Source of the DNA: an uncultured Candidatus Rokubacteria bacterium | GTDB taxonomy: Bacteria > Methylomirabilota > Methylomirabilia > Rokubacteriales > CSP1-6 | Reading direction: 5' to 3' | DNA: 64,000 nucleotides | NCBI GenBank assembly: GCA_963762145.1 | Contig: CAVXJS010000015.1 | Coordinates: 1-64,000, forward strand | Shown here: piece by piece, positions 19,206-28,389 of the stretch | Position numbering within the stretch: the first letter of the stretch is position 1 | Layout of the letters: the number at the start of each line of letters is the position of its first letter | Notes under the pieces: generated by a model | Told to the model about the DNA's origin: nothing | Databases searched by the model: none | Seen by the model: the letters and a program-made list of their open reading frames with translations, nothing else | Program-made: the position numbers and the translations under genes

Positions 19206-20624
19206 TCAGCTCAACCGGACGTATTCGAAGTCCTCGGCCTGGCTGTTGACGCCGCGCGCGGGCGGCGCGATCCAGCCCGCCATCTTGCCGCGCTCGGTCA
19301 CCGGCTTCATCAGGCTCCCCACGTAGGCCTCGTCCTCCTCGGTCGGGAGCCATTCGCGGTGCCGCGCGTCCCACTCCGCCTGGCTGACGACGCGGCCGTC
19401 GGGCGACACGCGGACCTCGGCGAAGGCCCCGATGGCCCGGCGGAAGGCGCGGTGGGGCAGCGTGAGGGTGAAGTCCACGCCCGCATTCTTGATGATCTCG
19501 TTCCAGCGGTTCACCCCCCGCTGGCAGTCTGCCACGTAGTCGTCGCGCAGCCGCTCGTTGAGCGAGACCAGCGCGGGCTCCTGCCGGGTGACGATCTTCT
19601 CCCCGTCGAGCCCGATGACCGGATAGGTCCCGCCCTTCAGGCGGTGATCGTCGCTCTTCTTGGTCTCCTCGAAGCGCCCCTTGAGCCCCGCGGTGTAGAA
19701 GTTCGCCGCGTTGGTCGACACCTCGGAGCCGAAGAGGTCGAGCGAGACCGAGCAGTGGAAGTTGATGTACTTCTGCATGGTCGGCAGGTCGATCCCCCCG
19801 TGCTTCCGCACGTCCTCGGTCTTGTGCTCGCGCATGAGCTCGCAGGCGCGCTGCACGATGCGCCCCACCCCGCTCTCGCCCACGAACATGTGGTGGGCTT
19901 CCTCGGTGAGCATGAAGCGGCAGGTTCGGGAGAGCGGGTCGAAGCCGCTCTCCGCGAGGCTGGCGAGCTGGTACTTGCCGTCGCGATCCGTGAAGAAGCA
20001 GAACATGAAGAACGACAGCCAGTCCGGGGTCTTCTCGTTGAAGGCCCCCAGGATCCGCGGCTTGTCGTGGTCGCCCGAGCGCCGCTGCAGGAGCGCCTCC
20101 GACTCCTCGCGCCCGTCGCGGCCGAAGTGCGCGTCGAGCAGGTACACCATCGCCCAGAGGTGCCGTCCCTCCTCCACGTTGACCTGGAAGAGGTTGCGCA
20201 GGTCGTAGAGCGACGGGCAGGTGCGCCCCAGGTGGCGCTGCTGCTCCACCGACGCGGGCTCGGTATCGCCCTGCGTCACGATCAGCCGTCGCAGCGTCGC
20301 GCGATATTCCCCCGGCACGTCCTGCCAGGCGGGCTGGCCCTGATGGTCGCCGAAGTTGATCCGGCGGTCGGCCTCCGGCTCCGCGAGGAAGATGCCCCAG
20401 CGGTACTCCGGCATCTTCACGTAGCCGAACTGGGCCCAGCCCTTGGCGTCCACGCTCACCGCGGTTCGCAGGTAGACGTCCTTGGACTGGAAGCCCTCGG
20501 GTCCCATGTCGTGCCACCACTCGAGGAACTTGGGCTGCCAGTCCTCCAGCGCCCTCAGCAACCGGCGGTTCTCGGTGAGGCTCACGTTGTTGGGGATCCG
20601 CTCGTTGTAGTCGATGGGCGCCAT
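19206..20624 (-). CDS. boxB: Benzoyl-CoA 2,3-epoxidase subunit B
   Basis: IPNNV..., QGDTEPASVEQQR, VNVEEGRHLWAM, TDRDGK, MLTEEAHH di-iron ligands. Confidence 0.95.
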   Translation of the reverse strand: MAPIDYNERIPNNVSLTENRRLLRALEDWQPKFLEWWHDMGPEGFQSKDVYLRTAVSVDAKGWAQFGYVKMPEYRWGIFLAEPEADRRINFGDHQGQPAWQDVPGEYRATLRRLIVTQGDTEPASVEQQRHLGRTCPSLYDLRNLFQVNVEEGRHLWAMVYLLDAHFGRDGREESEALLQRRSGDHDKPRILGAFNEKTPDWLSFFMFCFFTDRDGKYQLASLAESGFDPLSRTCRFMLTEEAHHMFVGESGVGRIVQRACELMREHKTEDVRKHGGIDLPTMQKYINFHCSVSLDLFGSEVSTNAANFYTAGLKGRFEETKKSDDHRLKGGTYPVIGLDGEKIVTRQEPALVSLNERLRDDYVADCQRGVNRWNEIIKNAGVDFTLTLPHRAFRRAIGAFAEVRVSPDGRVVSQAEWDARHREWLPTEEDEAYVGSLMKPVTERGKMAGWIAPPARGVNSQAEDFEYVRLS

Positions 20625-22291
20625 CACACTCTCCTGCGGTCGAAATCGCCCCGCTCACCGGTGCCGTACACCTTGAGCGCGCCCTTGGGGCCGACCGCGT
20701 TGGGCCGCTGGAAGATCCAGTTCTGCCAGGCCGAGAGGCGCGCGAAGATCTTGCTCTCGAGCGTCTCGGGGCCGCCGAAGCGCAGCGAGGCTTCCATACC
20801 GGTCAGCGCGTCCGGCGAGAACGCGGCGCGCTCCTCGATGGCGATGCGCACCTCGTCCTCCCAGTCGATGTCGTCCGGCGTGAAGGTGACGAGGCCGGCC
20901 TCCGCCGCGGCGGCCGCGTCGAGATCCTCGCCGATCCGGCCCTTGAGATCGTCCACGCGCCCCGGCTCGTCCAGGAAGCGGCTCGCGAGGCGGGTGAGCC
21001 CGTTCACGGTCGGGTACGGGCCGAAGTTCATCCCGGTCAGGCGCAGCGACGCCGGCCTCCCCGGGTCGCCCTCGCGCGCGCCGTCGAACATGAAGGTGCG
21101 ATCGGCGGCGAGCGCCAGCTCGAGCAGCGTGCCCGTGAAGCACGAGCCGGGCTCGACCAGCGCGAAGATGGACCGCGAGGAAACGTCGAGGCGCTTCAGC
21201 GTGCGCTTCATGTAGAGCCGGATCTCGCGCACGAGCCAGTCCGCCTCGTGCTGCGCCAGCACCCGGTCGTGGGCCTCCACCAGGTCCGCGGCCCCGGTGG
21301 TCCGCAGCACCCAGAGGCCGATCTCCTCCTCGTTGGCGCGGAGATGCAGGATCAGGTCGTCCAGCTCTCGCGCGACCGCGAGCGGCCAGAAGCTCACGCC
21401 CGCCGCGTGGATGCCCGCCAGGTCGGGCGGGGCCGTCGTCGGCGCGGCCACCGTGATCTCGGCCACGCCCTGCGCGCGATCGATCGCGCAGGTGACGTGA
21501 GCGTAGGCGATCCGATCGCCCTCGATGCGCCGCTCCAGCGGGGTCAGCGTGATCCCGCTCGCGCCGGCGGGACGATCGGTGCGGGCGGCCAGCTCGCCGG
21601 CCCGGGTCTTCGTGGCCTCGGCCAGGCGCGAGCGCGGCACCACCTCGTCCACCAGGCGCCACTCGACCGCGCGCTGGCCCTTGATGCCCTCCTCGAGCGT
21701 GCAGAAGAAGTCGGCGCGATCGCGCCGCACCCGCCGCTTGTCCACCAGCCGCGTGAGGCCGCCGGTGCCGGGCAGCACCGCCAGCAGCGGCACCTCCGGC
21801 AGCGCCACCGTGGTGGAGCCGTCGTCGGACATGATGATCCAGTCGGTGGCGAGGGCCAGCTCGTAGCCGCCGCCCGCGCAGGGCCCGTTCACCGCGGCGA
21901 GCCAGACCTGGCGGGAGCTCGTGGTGGCATCCTCGATCGCACTCCGCGTCTCGTTGGTGAACTTGCAGAAGTTCACCTTCCAGCCGTGCGAGGACTGGCT
22001 GAGCATCCGGATGTTGGCGCCCGCGCAGAAGATCCGCTCCTTGCCGGAGGTGAGGACGACCGCCCCGACCCCCGGGTGCTCGAAGCGCAGTCGCTGGATG
22101 GCGTCGTAGAGCTCGATGTCCACGCCCAGGTCGTAGGAGTTGAGCTTGAGCTCGTAACCGGGCACCAGACCGCCGTCTTCCTTGACGTCCATGGCCACGG
22201 TGGCCACCGGGCCGTCGAAGGACAGCTTCCAGTGCTTGTACCGGCCCGGATCCGTCCGGAAGTCGACCATCACACGCGCGCCGTCGCCCAT
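20624..22291 (-). CDS. boxC: 2,3-epoxybenzoyl-CoA dihydrolase
   Basis: LKLNSYDLGVDIEL, NFCKFTNETR, LPEVPLLAVLPGTGG, RLSAWQNWIFQRPNAVG. Confidence 0.95.
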   Translation of the reverse strand: MGDGARVMVDFRTDPGRYKHWKLSFDGPVATVAMDVKEDGGLVPGYELKLNSYDLGVDIELYDAIQRLRFEHPGVGAVVLTSGKERIFCAGANIRMLSQSSHGWKVNFCKFTNETRSAIEDATTSSRQVWLAAVNGPCAGGGYELALATDWIIMSDDGSTTVALPEVPLLAVLPGTGGLTRLVDKRRVRRDRADFFCTLEEGIKGQRAVEWRLVDEVVPRSRLAEATKTRAGELAARTDRPAGASGITLTPLERRIEGDRIAYAHVTCAIDRAQGVAEITVAAPTTAPPDLAGIHAAGVSFWPLAVARELDDLILHLRANEEEIGLWVLRTTGAADLVEAHDRVLAQHEADWLVREIRLYMKRTLKRLDVSSRSIFALVEPGSCFTGTLLELALAADRTFMFDGAREGDPGRPASLRLTGMNFGPYPTVNGLTRLASRFLDEPGRVDDLKGRIGEDLDAAAAAEAGLVTFTPDDIDWEDEVRIAIEERAAFSPDALTGMEASLRFGGPETLESKIFARLSAWQNWIFQRPNAVGPKGALKVYGTGERGDFDRRRV

Positions 22292-22301
22292 GACCTCTCC
22301 T

Positions 22302-22850
22302 CTAGCCGAGGATCACCCACAGCACCTTGGCGACCCTGGATCCCACGTTCTCCCAACCGTGCGTGGTGCCGCCGTCGAGATAGGCGCTGTCGCCGGCCCC
22401 GAGCACGTGGTTGTCACCGTTGTACTGCAGGGCCACCTTGCCCTCGATGACGTAGAAGAGCTTCATCTGCCCCGGCTCGATGACCACCTTGTCCGTCTTC
22501 ACGCCCCGCGACCGCGGCCCGAGCGTGGACATCACCGCCCGGATCTTACCCTGGAAGAGCCCGGCCCCCAACACATGCCACTTCTCGGTGGTCCCCTCGA
22601 AGGACACTACCGGGTAATCGGCCTTCCGGCTCACCAGGAGCCGCCCGGCCGGCGCGGGCTCGAAGAGCGCGCCGATGGACACGCCCAGGGCGGCGGCCAG
22701 CTTGCCCAGGGTCGGCAGCGACGGGGTCAGACGCCCGGACTCGATCTGCGACAGCATGCTCGCGGTGAGGCCGGCCTTCTCGGCGAGCTGCCGCTGCTGC
22801 AGCGCCCGCTCGGCGCGGAAGGCCTTGATGCGCTGGCCGAGAGCGGTCAT
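22302..22850 (-). CDS. XRE-family HTH/cupin transcriptional regulator
   Basis: LGQRIKAFR..LAEKAGLTASMLSQIESG..PSL HTH, then a C-terminal cupin. Confidence 0.9.
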   Translation of the reverse strand: MTALGQRIKAFRAERALQQRQLAEKAGLTASMLSQIESGRLTPSLPTLGKLAAALGVSIGALFEPAPAGRLLVSRKADYPVVSFEGTTEKWHVLGAGLFQGKIRAVMSTLGPRSRGVKTDKVVIEPGQMKLFYVIEGKVALQYNGDNHVLGAGDSAYLDGGTTHGWENVGSRVAKVLWVILG

Positions 22851-23848
22851 CCTTCCGCCTCGTCCGGCAGGCCGGCGAGGCGTCGCAGCGCGCGCGCCAC
22901 GTACACGCGCACCATCTTCTTCCGGTACGGGTGCGTCATGTCGGTATTGTCCAGCGGCTTCGCGGGGCGGTACGCGGCATCGGCCGCCCGGTCGATCAGC
23001 TCGGGCGTCAGCCGCTCGCCGACCAGCACGCGGGCGGCTTCCAGGGCCTCGCGCGGCAGCGACGCCACCGCGCCCAGCACGATGCGGGCCTGGCGCACCA
23101 CCTCGCCATCCATGTGCAGCGTGGCCGCGACGCCCAGGACCGGGAAGTCGAAGGAGCCGCGGCGGCGCAGCTTGAGATAGATGGATCGGGCGCCGTCGGC
23201 GGGGGGCAGGACGATCTCGGTCACGATGTCTCCCGGTTGCTTGGTCAGGTACTGGATGCCGTCGTCCTGGTAGAGCGCCGAGATCGGGATCGTGCGCTCG
23301 CCGGCGGGGCCCGCCAGGCGCACGCTGGCGCCCAGGCTCCACAGCGCGGGCGCGGTGTCCGAGGAGGACACGGCCCAGCAGCGCGGGCTGCCCGGCGCGA
23401 CCAGGCAGATCTCGCCGTCCTTCTTCATGCAGAAGTCGACCGCCTTCCGCCACTGGTAGGACTGGTTGTAGTAGTTGCACCGCGTGTCCACGCACACGTT
23501 GCCGCCGAGCGTGCCCATGTTGCGCAGCTGCGGCGTGGAGACCGCGCCCGCCGCGGTGGCCAGCGCCGCGTAACCCGCGCGCACCTCGGGGTGCCGCGAG
23601 ACCGCGGTCAGCGTGGTCCCCGCGCCGATCGCGAGCGCGCCCGCACCCGGCTGCCGCACGCCGGCCAGGTCGCGCACGCCGCGCAGGCCCACCAGCACCG
23701 TGGGCTCGAACTGCCGCCGCTTCATGTTCGGATACAGATCCGTCCCGCCGGCCACCAGCATGGCCTCGGGCCCGTGATCGGCCATGAGCTTGACCGCGTC
23801 GGCCACCGACACCGGCGAGAGATACGTGAACGGCGGCAACCGCATCAT
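22847..23848 (-). CDS. hcrB: FAD subunit of a 4-hydroxybenzoyl-CoA reductase-like complex, with the [4Fe-4S] insert
   Basis: AGGTDL.PNM, LRNMGTLGGN, Cys-rich insert RCNYYNQS..WR....FCMK..G.IC......RC, KLRRRGSFDFP. Confidence 0.8.
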   Translation of the reverse strand: MMRLPPFTYLSPVSVADAVKLMADHGPEAMLVAGGTDLYPNMKRRQFEPTVLVGLRGVRDLAGVRQPGAGALAIGAGTTLTAVSRHPEVRAGYAALATAAGAVSTPQLRNMGTLGGNVCVDTRCNYYNQSYQWRKAVDFCMKKDGEICLVAPGSPRCWAVSSSDTAPALWSLGASVRLAGPAGERTIPISALYQDDGIQYLTKQPGDIVTEIVLPPADGARSIYLKLRRRGSFDFPVLGVAATLHMDGEVVRQARIVLGAVASLPREALEAARVLVGERLTPELIDRAADAAYRPAKPLDNTDMTHPYRKKMVRVYVARALRRLAGLPDEAEG

Positions 23849-26337
23849 GGCGCGCTCCCTCCCCTTCCCCCTCTCCCCTCCGGGGAGAGGGCAGGGTGAG
23901 GGGCCGGAGGGTGAGGGGCCGGAGGGTGAGGGCTGGCGAACGGCCTCACCGCAATATCCTCCGCCGGCTGCCCGAAGGCCGACTCGACGACCTTCGGCTC
24001 CGGGAACGTGAACACGGGCAGGCGATCCGGCCCCAGGCGCCCCGACTTCCCTTGGCGCTTGGCATCCATCGCCTTCGTCACCTTCTCCGGCGTGATCGGC
24101 GTCTCGTCGATCCGCACGCCGACCGCGTCGTAGACCGCGTTGGCCACCGCCGGGATCACCGGCAGCAGCGGGCCCTGCCCGGCCTCCTTGGCCCCGAACG
24201 GGCCTTCGGGATCGTCGCTCTCGACGAGAATCGTGTGGATCTCCGGCGTCTCGAGTGTTGTCGGGCTCTTGTACTCGAGCAGCGAGGGGATCTTGTGGAC
24301 GCCCTTGCGGAAGACCTGCTCCTCCATCAGCACCTCGCCCAGGCCCATGTAGATCGACCCCTCGACCTGGCCTTCCACCAGCAGCGGGTTCAGCGCCCGG
24401 CCGACGTCGTGGGCGATCCACACCTCGCTGGGCGTGACCATCCCGGTCTGGCGATCCACGTCCACCTCGACCACGCAGGCGGAGTAGGAATAGCAGGGCG
24501 AGGGGCCGACGCCGCCGCCCTTGTACTTGCCTGCGCGCTTGGGCGGCGCGTAGGAGCCGGGGAAGGCCAGCACGCCCCACATGCTCTCGGCCAGCACGAC
24601 CGCCTCCGGGAACGACACGCCGTGCTCCGGATCGTCCTGCACGAACACGCGGCGCTCGCCGACCGCGAGCTGGTCCGAGGCGACCTCGAGCTTTCGCGCG
24701 ACCGCGGCGAAGATCTTCTCGCGCAGGCGCTCGGCGGCCTGGATCGCCGCGTTGCCCGCCATCAGGGTCACGCGCGAGGAGTAGGAGCCCAGATCCACCG
24801 GCGTGAGGTCCGTATCGGCCGGGTGCACCCGGATGTCCTTCGGCTCGATGCCCAGCACCTCGGCGACCAGGTAGGCCAGGATCGAGTCCGAGCCCTGGCC
24901 GATGTCGGTGGCCCCGCAGAGCACCGCCACGAGCCCGCTGCGATCGGCGCGGACGACCACGCCGGAGTGCGGCATGTCGTTCCAGTAGATCGCGGTGCCC
25001 GCGCCGGTGAGGTAGGACGAGCACGCGATGCCGATCCCCTTCCCCGGGGGCAGGTTCCCGCGCTTCTCCCGCCAGCCGGACGCCTCCACCACGCGATCGA
25101 TGCACTCGCCGAGGCCAATCGTGGTCACGGTCAGGTGGTTGGCGGTCTTCACGAACGGCTCGGCCAGGTTGCGCCGCCGCATGTCGGCCGGGTCCAGGCC
25201 GAGCTGCTCGGCCGCCTTGTCGATTTGGCACTCCATCGCGAAGCGGGGCTGGGGCGTCCCGTGCCCGCGCTTGGGCCCGCAGGGCGGCTTGTTGGTGAAC
25301 ACGCGCGCGCCCTCGAACTTGTAGACCGGGATCTTGTAGGTGACGGTCTGGAGCGCGCCCGTATAGAAGGTGGAGGCCACCCCGTAGGATCCGTAGGCGC
25401 CCCCGTCGAGCCAGGAGCGGAAGTGCATGCCGGTGATCGCGCCGTCCTTCTTGAAGCCGGTCTTGATCCACATCAGCACGGGATGCCGGCCGCGGTGGAC
25501 GTAGAAGACCTCCTCGCGGGTCAGCGTGAACTTCACCGGCCGGCCGGTGAGCTGGGAGAGCTTGCACGCGGCGATCTCGTGGGCGAACGGGTCGAGCTTG
25601 CCGCCGAAGCCGCCCCCGACCGGCGCCGCGACGACCCGGATGTGCGCCTGGGGCACGTCGAGGATCTTGGAGAGCAGCCGGTGCACGTAGTGGGGCGTCT
25701 GGGTCGAGGACCAGAGCGTGAGCTTGCCGTCGGCGCCCCACTGGGCCAGCGCGGAGTGCTGCTCCATCGGCAGGTGGGTGTTGCCCTCGAAGTAGAAGAC
25801 GTCTTCCCGTACCAGGTCGGCCGAGGCGAAGGCCGCCTCCACGTCCCCGAACTGCAGCGACACCGCCTTGTGCACGTTCGGCCGGTCGCCGTACTCGTGG
25901 ATGCGCACCTCCGGGTGCTTCAGCGAATCCTCGATGGACATGAGCGGGCGCAGCGGTTCGTACTCCACCTCGATCAGCTCGCTGGCGCGCTCCGCCGTCT
26001 CCTCGTCCACCGCGGCCACCGCCGCGACCGCGTCGCCGACCATGCGCACCTTCTCCACGCAGAGCGCTTCCTCGTCCTGCGACACCGGCAGGATGCCGAA
26101 CTTCACGCGGGGCAGGTCGTGCCCGGTGATCACCGCGTAGACGCCGGGCAGCGCCCGGGCGCGCGTGGTGTCGATGCGCTTGATCAGCGCGTGCGGGTGC
26201 GGGCTGCGCAGCAGCTTGCCGTGGGCCATCCGCGACATCACCATGTCGTCGGCGAACTTGGTCTCGCCGACCACCTTGGCCCAGGCGTCGATCTTGGGCA
26301 GCGACTGGCCGATGATCGAGAAGCGGTCTTTCTTCAT
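23845..26337 (-). CDS. hcrA: Molybdopterin subunit, xanthine-dehydrogenase family, HcrA-like
   Basis: LRSPHPHA, FGILP, GGGFGG, HRGR, TNKPPCG..RGHG, DIGQGS, GSYSSRVT, GPFGAKEAGQG. Confidence 0.8.
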   Translation of the reverse strand: MKKDRFSIIGQSLPKIDAWAKVVGETKFADDMVMSRMAHGKLLRSPHPHALIKRIDTTRARALPGVYAVITGHDLPRVKFGILPVSQDEEALCVEKVRMVGDAVAAVAAVDEETAERASELIEVEYEPLRPLMSIEDSLKHPEVRIHEYGDRPNVHKAVSLQFGDVEAAFASADLVREDVFYFEGNTHLPMEQHSALAQWGADGKLTLWSSTQTPHYVHRLLSKILDVPQAHIRVVAAPVGGGFGGKLDPFAHEIAACKLSQLTGRPVKFTLTREEVFYVHRGRHPVLMWIKTGFKKDGAITGMHFRSWLDGGAYGSYGVASTFYTGALQTVTYKIPVYKFEGARVFTNKPPCGPKRGHGTPQPRFAMECQIDKAAEQLGLDPADMRRRNLAEPFVKTANHLTVTTIGLGECIDRVVEASGWREKRGNLPPGKGIGIACSSYLTGAGTAIYWNDMPHSGVVVRADRSGLVAVLCGATDIGQGSDSILAYLVAEVLGIEPKDIRVHPADTDLTPVDLGSYSSRVTLMAGNAAIQAAERLREKIFAAVARKLEVASDQLAVGERRVFVQDDPEHGVSFPEAVVLAESMWGVLAFPGSYAPPKRAGKYKGGGVGPSPCYSYSACVVEVDVDRQTGMVTPSEVWIAHDVGRALNPLLVEGQVEGSIYMGLGEVLMEEQVFRKGVHKIPSLLEYKSPTTLETPEIHTILVESDDPEGPFGAKEAGQGPLLPVIPAVANAVYDAVGVRIDETPITPEKVTKAMDAKRQGKSGRLGPDRLPVFTFPEPKVVESAFGQPAEDIAVRPFASPHPPAPHPPAPHPALSPEGRGGRGGSAP
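23869..23932. repeat. REP-like palindromic element plus 15-bp tandem repeats inside the hcrA-like 3' end
   Basis: CCCTCTCCCC-TCC-GGGGAGAGGG-CAGGGTGAGGGG, then CCGGAGGGTGAGGG(G) twice. Confidence 0.8.
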
Positions 26338-26858
26338 GGGCGGGCGCTCCCCTCATCCGCTCGGCTCGCCTGCGGCTGCGCCTCGCCCTGCCGTTGCATG
26401 CGGAGGGCGGCGAGCTCGACGGCGTCAAGGATCTTGGTGTAGCCCGTGCACCGGCAAAGATTACCGGCCAGCGCGTGCTTGATCTCCTCGCGGGTCGGGG
26501 CGGGAACATCCACGAGGAGGGCCGCCGCGGTGAGGAGGATACCGGGCGTGCAGTAGCCGCACTGAGCGGCACCCAGCTCCGCAAAGGCCTGCTGCAGCGG
26601 GTGGAGCCGGCCGCCCTCGGCCATGCCCTCGACGGTCTTGATCTCATGCCCCTGGCACTCCACGGGCAGGGCCAGGCAGGAGAGCACGGGGTCGCCATCC
26701 AGTAGCACGGTACACGTGCCGCACTCGCCCAGCTCGCAGCCGTGCTTGGTGCCGGTGAGGTTCAGCTCCTCGCGCAGCACCTCGAGCAGGGTCTTGTGCG
26801 CCGGCGCGAGGACATCGCGCTCTTCCCCGTTGATCTTGAGCGTCAGGAGCGTGGGCAC
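26334..26858 (-). CDS. hcrC: (2Fe-2S)-binding subunit, HcrC/CoxS-like
   Basis: GTKHGCELGECGTCTV, QCGYCTPG, GNLCRCTGY. AGAGGAG RBS. Confidence 0.85.
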   Translation of the reverse strand: MPTLLTLKINGEERDVLAPAHKTLLEVLREELNLTGTKHGCELGECGTCTVLLDGDPVLSCLALPVECQGHEIKTVEGMAEGGRLHPLQQAFAELGAAQCGYCTPGILLTAAALLVDVPAPTREEIKHALAGNLCRCTGYTKILDAVELAALRMQRQGEAQPQASRADEGSARP

Positions 26859-26869
26859 CGAGGGCTCCT

Positions 26870-26926
26870 CTTGCTTAATGATGAAACCAGGATTCAGTAT
26901 TACTAAAGTTCACGGTGGCCTGTCAA
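26870..26926 (-). promoter_or_regulatory. Operon promoter with an AT-rich palindromic operator candidate
   Basis: Minus-strand TTGACA (26926-26921). Near-palindrome TTCAGTATTACTAAA (26893-26907) overlaps the -10 region. Confidence 0.5.
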
Positions 26927-26991
26927 GCGAAGCATAGGTGTCTCGACCTGAGGACATTGACCGGCCTCCTCGAGATCGCTACGCTCGAGAC

Positions 26992-27570
26992 ATGGCGCCC
27001 GTGGACGTCAAGATGCACCGGTGGCGGCGGGTCGAATACGAGCGGCTGATCGAGACCGGCTTCTTCCGGCCCGGCGATCCGGTCGAGCTCGTTGGTGGTC
27101 AGCTCATCGTGGCGGAGCCGCAGGGAAGCCGGCACTTCGCCGCGGTCCAGGCCATGGAGGAAGCCCTGTGGAAGGCGTTCGCCCCGGGCTGGCAGGTACG
27201 CGGGCAAGGGCCACTGGCACTCGACGACGAATCCGAGCCGGAGCCTGACGTTGCCGTCGTGCCCGGAAGCTTTCGTGACTACGTGGCCGGACACCCCTCG
27301 CAGCCGGCGCTCGTCGTGGAGATCAGCGAGTCGAGCCTCGCGCTGGACCGGGACCACAAGGGGAGCCTCTACGCCCGCGCCGGTGTCGCCGACTACTGGA
27401 TCGTGAATCTCGTGGATCAGGCCCTCGAGGTACATCGCGACCCGGGCCCTGATCCAGCCGCGCCCTTCGGGTGGCGCTACCGGTCGATCGAGGTGCTCCG
27501 CGCCGAGGGCTTCGCCTCGCCGCTGGCCTCGTCCGGCGCCCGGGTCGACGTCCGCGACGTCCTCCCCTGA
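26992..27570 (+). CDS. Uma2 family (PD-(D/E)xK) endonuclease-like protein
   Basis: EYERLIETGFF..VELVGG, SEPEPDVAVV, LVVEISESSL..DR..K..LYARAGV.DYWIVNL. Confidence 0.9.
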   Translation: MAPVDVKMHRWRRVEYERLIETGFFRPGDPVELVGGQLIVAEPQGSRHFAAVQAMEEALWKAFAPGWQVRGQGPLALDDESEPEPDVAVVPGSFRDYVAGHPSQPALVVEISESSLALDRDHKGSLYARAGVADYWIVNLVDQALEVHRDPGPDPAAPFGWRYRSIEVLRAEGFASPLASSGARVDVRDVLP

Positions 27571-27585
27571 GCGGCGTCGAACCCG

Positions 27586-27984
27586 TCAGGCGTAGCTCAT
27601 CAGCTCCAGCAGGTTGCCGTCGGGGTCTCTGAAGTAGACCGACGTCCCCTCGCGGCCCCGGGCCCCGAATCGCTTGACCGGCCCCACCTCGATCGTCACG
27701 CGGTGAGCGCCCAGACGCTCGACGGCGGCCTCGATCGGGCCGCTCCACTCGAAGCAGAGGTCTTCAGACCCGATCTGCATGTTGGCCGCGTCCAGGCCCA
27801 CCGGGCGGCCCGCCTGATGCACGTTGATCATGGTGCGCCCCGCGCGGAGCGAGGGGAAGCGCCGCCGACCCTGGCGCCACTCGTCAACGCCGAGCGGCTC
27901 GCAGCCGAGCACACCCGTGTAGAAGGCCAGCGCGGTCTCGAAGTCGCGCACCACGATGACCACATGGTCGAGACCGTCGATCAT
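27586..27984 (-). CDS. VOC/glyoxalase family protein
   Basis: LDHVVIVVRD...FY..VLG, GPVKRFGARG.GTSVYFRDPDGNLLEL. Confidence 0.9.
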   Translation of the reverse strand: MIDGLDHVVIVVRDFETALAFYTGVLGCEPLGVDEWRQGRRRFPSLRAGRTMINVHQAGRPVGLDAANMQIGSEDLCFEWSGPIEAAVERLGAHRVTIEVGPVKRFGARGREGTSVYFRDPDGNLLELMSYA

Positions 27985-27987
27985 GGC

Positions 27988-28389
27988 TCAGTAGCCGAGC
28001 CCCCACGTCTCCGAGAACAGCGAGGCCGCCTTGTTCTCGTCGGCCGTCGTCTGTCGCTCTTGCTGGAGCTTCTGCTCGAGGCCGAGCGCCTCGTACTTCT
28101 GGAACTGCGACTCGTTCCCGACGTAGAGGCACTGGCAGAACTTGGCGTCGGCCCAGACATAGACCAGGCGATCCTGCACCTTGTAGACGAGGATCTTCCG
28201 CTGGATCAGCGTCTGGAGGTGGGCCTCCTTCGCGGGCGTGGCGGCGAGACGCTTCTGGAAGCCGGCAGCGGTCAGCCCCTGCTCGTTGGCGCTCGCGTAG
28301 CGGCTCTCCCGCGACGCGCACCCCGCGAGGACCAGCATCACCGCGAGCAGCGCGCAGAGTCCCCGGCGGCGGCCGGGCCGCCGGGTCAC
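27988..28389 (-). CDS. Hypothetical lipoprotein, paralog 2
   Basis: Own signal peptide ending LAGC. AAGF..., YVWAD..C.CLYVG motif. GTG start at 28389. Confidence 0.7.
   Translation of the reverse strand: MTRRPGRRRGLCALLAVMLVLAGCASRESRYASANEQGLTAAGFQKRLAATPAKEAHLQTLIQRKILVYKVQDRLVYVWADAKFCQCLYVGNESQFQKYEALGLEQKLQQERQTTADENKAASLFSETWGLGY

Noticed and set aside
22847-26698. 1283-aa ORF
   Set aside because: Only the last 333 aa (HcrB-like) are real. The rest is an off-frame read-through of hcrA-like, typical of high-GC DNA.
26992-27570. Uma2 nuclease as a defence system
   Set aside because: Solitary, from a commonly expanded family, with no partner genes.
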